DNA of 34,976 nt from Rhodospirillales bacterium (lineage in GTDB: Bacteria; Pseudomonadota; Alphaproteobacteria; Acetobacterales; Acetobacteraceae), in NCBI GenBank assembly GCA_025350425.1, contig JANXXW010000045.1, positions 1-34,976 of the forward strand, written 5' to 3'. Under the pieces are notes generated by a model that did not search any database, was not told the origin of the DNA, and worked only from the letters and a program-made list of their open reading frames with translations. Made by a program: the position numbers and the translations under genes. Numbering within the stretch: the stretch's first letter is position 1; every line of letters begins with the position of its first letter. Below are positions 34,579 to 34,976 of the stretch, piece by piece.

Positions 34579-34976
34579 TTACTCGGCGATGGGAACGCCC
34601 TGGCCCCACCAATACACCGCAATGAACAGGAACAGCCAAACCACGTCCACGAAGTGCCAATACCAAGCCGCAGCCTCGAACCCGAAATGGCGTTGCGGCG
34701 TAAACTGGTCACCGCGCGCGCGGAACCAACAGACAAGAAGGAACAGCGTCCCGATGATGACGTGAAAACCATGGAAGCCGGTCGCCAGGAAGAATACCGC
34801 CGGGTAGATCCCACCGCCATACAACTTGAAAGGCGCGTCGGAATACTCGACTGCCTGGAAAGCAGTAAAGCTCAACCCGAGCAGCACAGTCAGCCCAAGG
34901 CCCGCAATCAATCCACGCCGGTCGCCGACCAGAAGAGAATGATGCGCCCATGTGACCGTCGTGCCCGACAGCAGCA
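34579..34976 (-). CDS. ctaE: cytochrome c oxidase subunit III (5-prime end lies outside the window)
   Basis: LLSGTTVTWAHHSL...FLATGFHGFHVIIGTLFLLVCWFRA...FGFEAAAWYWHFVDVVWLFLFIAVYWWG is the canonical CoxIII C-terminal half. The reading frame is open to the window edge. Confidence 0.9.
   Translation of the reverse strand, partial: LLSGTTVTWAHHSLLVGDRRGLIAGLGLTVLLGLSFTAFQAVEYSDAPFKLYGGGIYPAVFFLATGFHGFHVIIGTLFLLVCWFRARGDQFTPQRHFGFEAAAWYWHFVDVVWLFLFIAVYWWGQGVPIAE

Noticed and set aside
1-34976. A search for CRISPR arrays, IS/transposase or integrase genes, toxin-antitoxin pairs, restriction-modification or other defence-system signatures, rRNA genes, and additional tRNAs.
   Set aside because: None was recognised on either strand. 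The only repeats seen are the short ones listed as features.

Overview
This is a densely coding, GC-rich window (about 60-70% G+C in stretches I hand-counted). It looks like alphaproteobacterial chromosome, but I cannot assign order or genus by eye. All calls rest on motif and family recognition from the supplied translations plus manual start/stop checks. No similarity search was run.

Layout, left to right:
- 84-3548 (-): a four-gene Mla/MCE-like ABC transporter operon (STAS-MlaE permease, MlaF-like ATPase, MCE protein, auxiliary lipoprotein). All three junctions are ATGA overlaps.
- 3562-5186 (-): an orphan PotD-like binding protein behind a decayed PotA-like ATPase remnant.
- 5275-5987 (+): a DUF883 / YqjE-like membrane protein pair.
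- 6060-9816 (+): 3-hydroxyisobutyryl-CoA-hydrolase-like gene, hmgA and fahA (homogentisate pathway).
- 10038-12181 (+): ECF sigma factor, RskA-type anti-sigma factor and a DUF1849/EipB-like protein.
- 12300-21738 (-): a complete Komagataeibacter-style (type I) cellulose synthase locus, bcsZ / bcsH(CcpAx)-like ORF / fused bcsAB / bcsC / bcsD.
- 21955-22215: a 5-prime-truncated MerR remnant abutting tRNA-Gly(CCC).
- 22254-24779 (+): metZ (with a possible SAM-II-like leader), apaG, folE.
- 24797-27927 (-): a large MscS-family channel translationally coupled to a 2OG-Fe dioxygenase-family gene.
- 28013-30948 (+): HIG1-type small membrane protein, etfB, etfA, hbd.
- 30965-34976 (-): a conserved hypothetical, an M32 carboxypeptidase, a MOSC protein, SURF1 and the 3-prime part of ctaE.

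I saw no IS element, integrase, CRISPR array, toxin-antitoxin pair or recognisable defence gene.

The most unusual content is the cellulose locus:
- BcsC is about half the canonical length, with almost no TPR array.
- The BcsA-BcsB fusion keeps an internal signal-like helix and a Pro/Ala-rich spacer.
- A domain-less Pro-rich ORF sits in the BcsH position.
- A 34% G+C regulatory gap splits the locus into two probable transcription units.
- A truncated regulator gene plus a tRNA sit at one edge.
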